In this document: positions 62,804 to 64,000 of the stretch, one piece after another | Position numbering within the stretch: the stretch's first letter is position 1 | How the letters are laid out: every line of letters starts with the position of its first letter | IMG/VR virus record: IMGVR_UViG_3300043450_000376 | Length of the DNA: 64,000 nucleotides | Source: a virus | Lineage: Duplodnaviria; Caudoviricetes | Reading direction: 5' to 3' (one strand) | Notes under the pieces: generated by a model | What the model was told of the DNA's origin: nothing | Seen by the model: only the letters and a program-made list of their open reading frames with translations | Database searches by the model: none | Program-made: the position numbers and the translations under genes

Positions 62804-62907
62804 AGAATATAATTAATAAGATTAAAAAAATCTGCAAAGAGATTCTATTAGGCTTTAAGATAGCTGAAGAAAATCGTCACCGCAGTGGATGGGGTAAATT
62901 TTAAACT

Positions 62908-63141
62908 ATGGCAGACTTTTGTGATAAATGCGCCCCTGAAATGTGGGGAGAAGATATTCCAGCCGATATTGATACAGATCAAATCTTTGGAAGCCTGATG
63001 GACGAACACTATCAAGATGGATTTATTTGTGAAGGCTGCGGCCTAAAGGCAGTAGGTCGAGTTGGAGATGAAAAGATTCTAATCTATGATAACACAGATC
63101 TTCATAAGTTGCACGAGAAAATAGTAAACCGGCTAACCTAA
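62908..63141 (+). CDS. small Zn-binding hypothetical protein
   Basis: MADFCDKC...ICEGCG. Confidence 0.7.
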   Translation: MADFCDKCAPEMWGEDIPADIDTDQIFGSLMDEHYQDGFICEGCGLKAVGRVGDEKILIYDNTDLHKLHEKIVNRLT

Positions 63142-63160
63142 ATTAAATAAAATACACAAT

Positions 63161-63415
63161 ATGGCAGATTATCAACAACGACCAAATCGAGGAAAAGACG
63201 AATTTGCTAGAGAATTTGATCGAACCGATCAAACTTTATCACTTAGGGACCAATTAAAAAAATGGGGAACTGCTGAAGAAAAGCTGTGGATTGCTAAACT
63301 CGAGAAAAGAGAATCTGATTCAGCCGAACGAAAAAAAATGCAGGGTATTGAAACCCAAGAAAAGTACAATATTGTACCTAATTTTTCAAAACACGACGTT
63401 AAGCGAGATTGGTAA
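63161..63415 (+). CDS. hypothetical protein
   Basis: ORF track. Confidence 0.65.
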   Translation: MADYQQRPNRGKDEFAREFDRTDQTLSLRDQLKKWGTAEEKLWIAKLEKRESDSAERKKMQGIETQEKYNIVPNFSKHDVKRDW

Positions 63416-63425
63416 AATATACACT

Positions 63426-63510
63426 GGAAGATTGGCAGAGTGGTCGATCGCGGCAGTCTTGAAAACTGTTGTACTGCAAGGTACCGTAGGTTCGAATCCT
63501 ACATCTTCCG
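63426..63510 (+). tRNA. tRNA-Ser(TGA)
   Basis: Loop CTTGAAA, long variable arm, G73. Confidence 0.95.
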
Positions 63511-63511
63511 C

Positions 63512-63540
63512 AAAGGAGAGCTGAAAAGTTCTCCTTTTTT
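63512..63540 (+). terminator. intrinsic terminator
   Basis: AAAGGAGAGCT-GAAA-AGTTCTCCTTT plus T-run. Confidence 0.85.
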
Positions 63541-63575
63541 ATTTTAGATAAATAATAAAAATTAATAGAGAAATT

Positions 63576-64000
63576 ATGGCAGACAAAAACGGAGACGGAA
63601 TAGTATATCATCGCTCAGATTGCGGAGATAACAATGTAAGATGGTATGGCTTTGGTGGAGATGCACCTTGTTCAACATGCGAATCATGGGGACTTACCGA
63701 CAAAGCAATACGATATATTCACGACCATCCTGAAATAAATCATAGAATTGAAGATGTGACTGGTAGAGAATGGGAAGAAGAAGTAGTACCAGTACTTATT
63801 AATATTGGAAATCAAATAGAGTCTGGAGTTAAAGAAGGTTATGAAGTAGTAAAAGATGGTGCTGTAATGGCATACCACTGGGCGGATGAAAACGCATGTA
63901 ATATAGCAATAACCGCAGCAATCTCTGCAGGTGTAGTTGCAGCATTTACGCCAGCTCAACCGGCTGGAGCAGCAACATCAACCACATTATCGTTAATGGC
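63576..64000 (+). CDS. hypothetical protein, runs off the window end
   Basis: Manual translation MADKNGDGIVYHRSDCGD..., open to 64000; AGATAAATA at 63546. Confidence 0.7.
   Translation, partial: MADKNGDGIVYHRSDCGDNNVRWYGFGGDAPCSTCESWGLTDKAIRYIHDHPEINHRIEDVTGREWEEEVVPVLINIGNQIESGVKEGYEVVKDGAVMAYHWADENACNIAITAAISAGVVAAFTPAQPAGAATSTTLSLM

Overview
64 kb segment of a large AT-rich dsDNA phage (Caudoviricetes) with T4-like regulatory logic. The host is very probably a Bacteroidota bacterium: T9SS C-terminal sorting domain, TAnnTTTG-like promoters, Bacteroidota O-glycosylation sequons, an Hc1-type histone-like protein and A-rich ribosome-binding regions without Shine-Dalgarno sites. Layout: (1) 1-10 kb, early-type region of small ORFs, a sigma70-family factor and a RadA-like ATPase, behind nine promoters that share an upstream TGTTAATAAC box; (2) 10.1-12.5 kb, GC-richer, largely non-coding island with a solo IS607-type serine recombinase and a 57-bp-periodic repeat; (3) 12.5-19.5 kb, late (AGATAAATA) genes whose products carry T4-like capsid-targeting N-termini; (4) 19.6-33 kb, metabolic and replication genes (mgsA, GT2 plus LpxH-like, topoisomerase II, MazG, prs, Csp); (5) 33-42 kb, T9SS/cohesin/dockerin/CsgG-like surface module; (6) 43-50 kb, stable-RNA region with most of the 24 canonical tRNAs (all 20 amino acids are covered in the window), two aberrant tRNA-like RNAs, several unannotated structured RNAs, a GOLLD-like ~850-nt RNA, rrn-type boxA sites and a leader-peptide attenuator; (7) 50-64 kb, RNA-repair, redox and purine genes. 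The strongest candidate for a new system is the attenuator: its 32-codon leader uses 19 of the 20 amino acids and gates a tRNA array. All family assignments come from motif recognition by eye; no database search was run.
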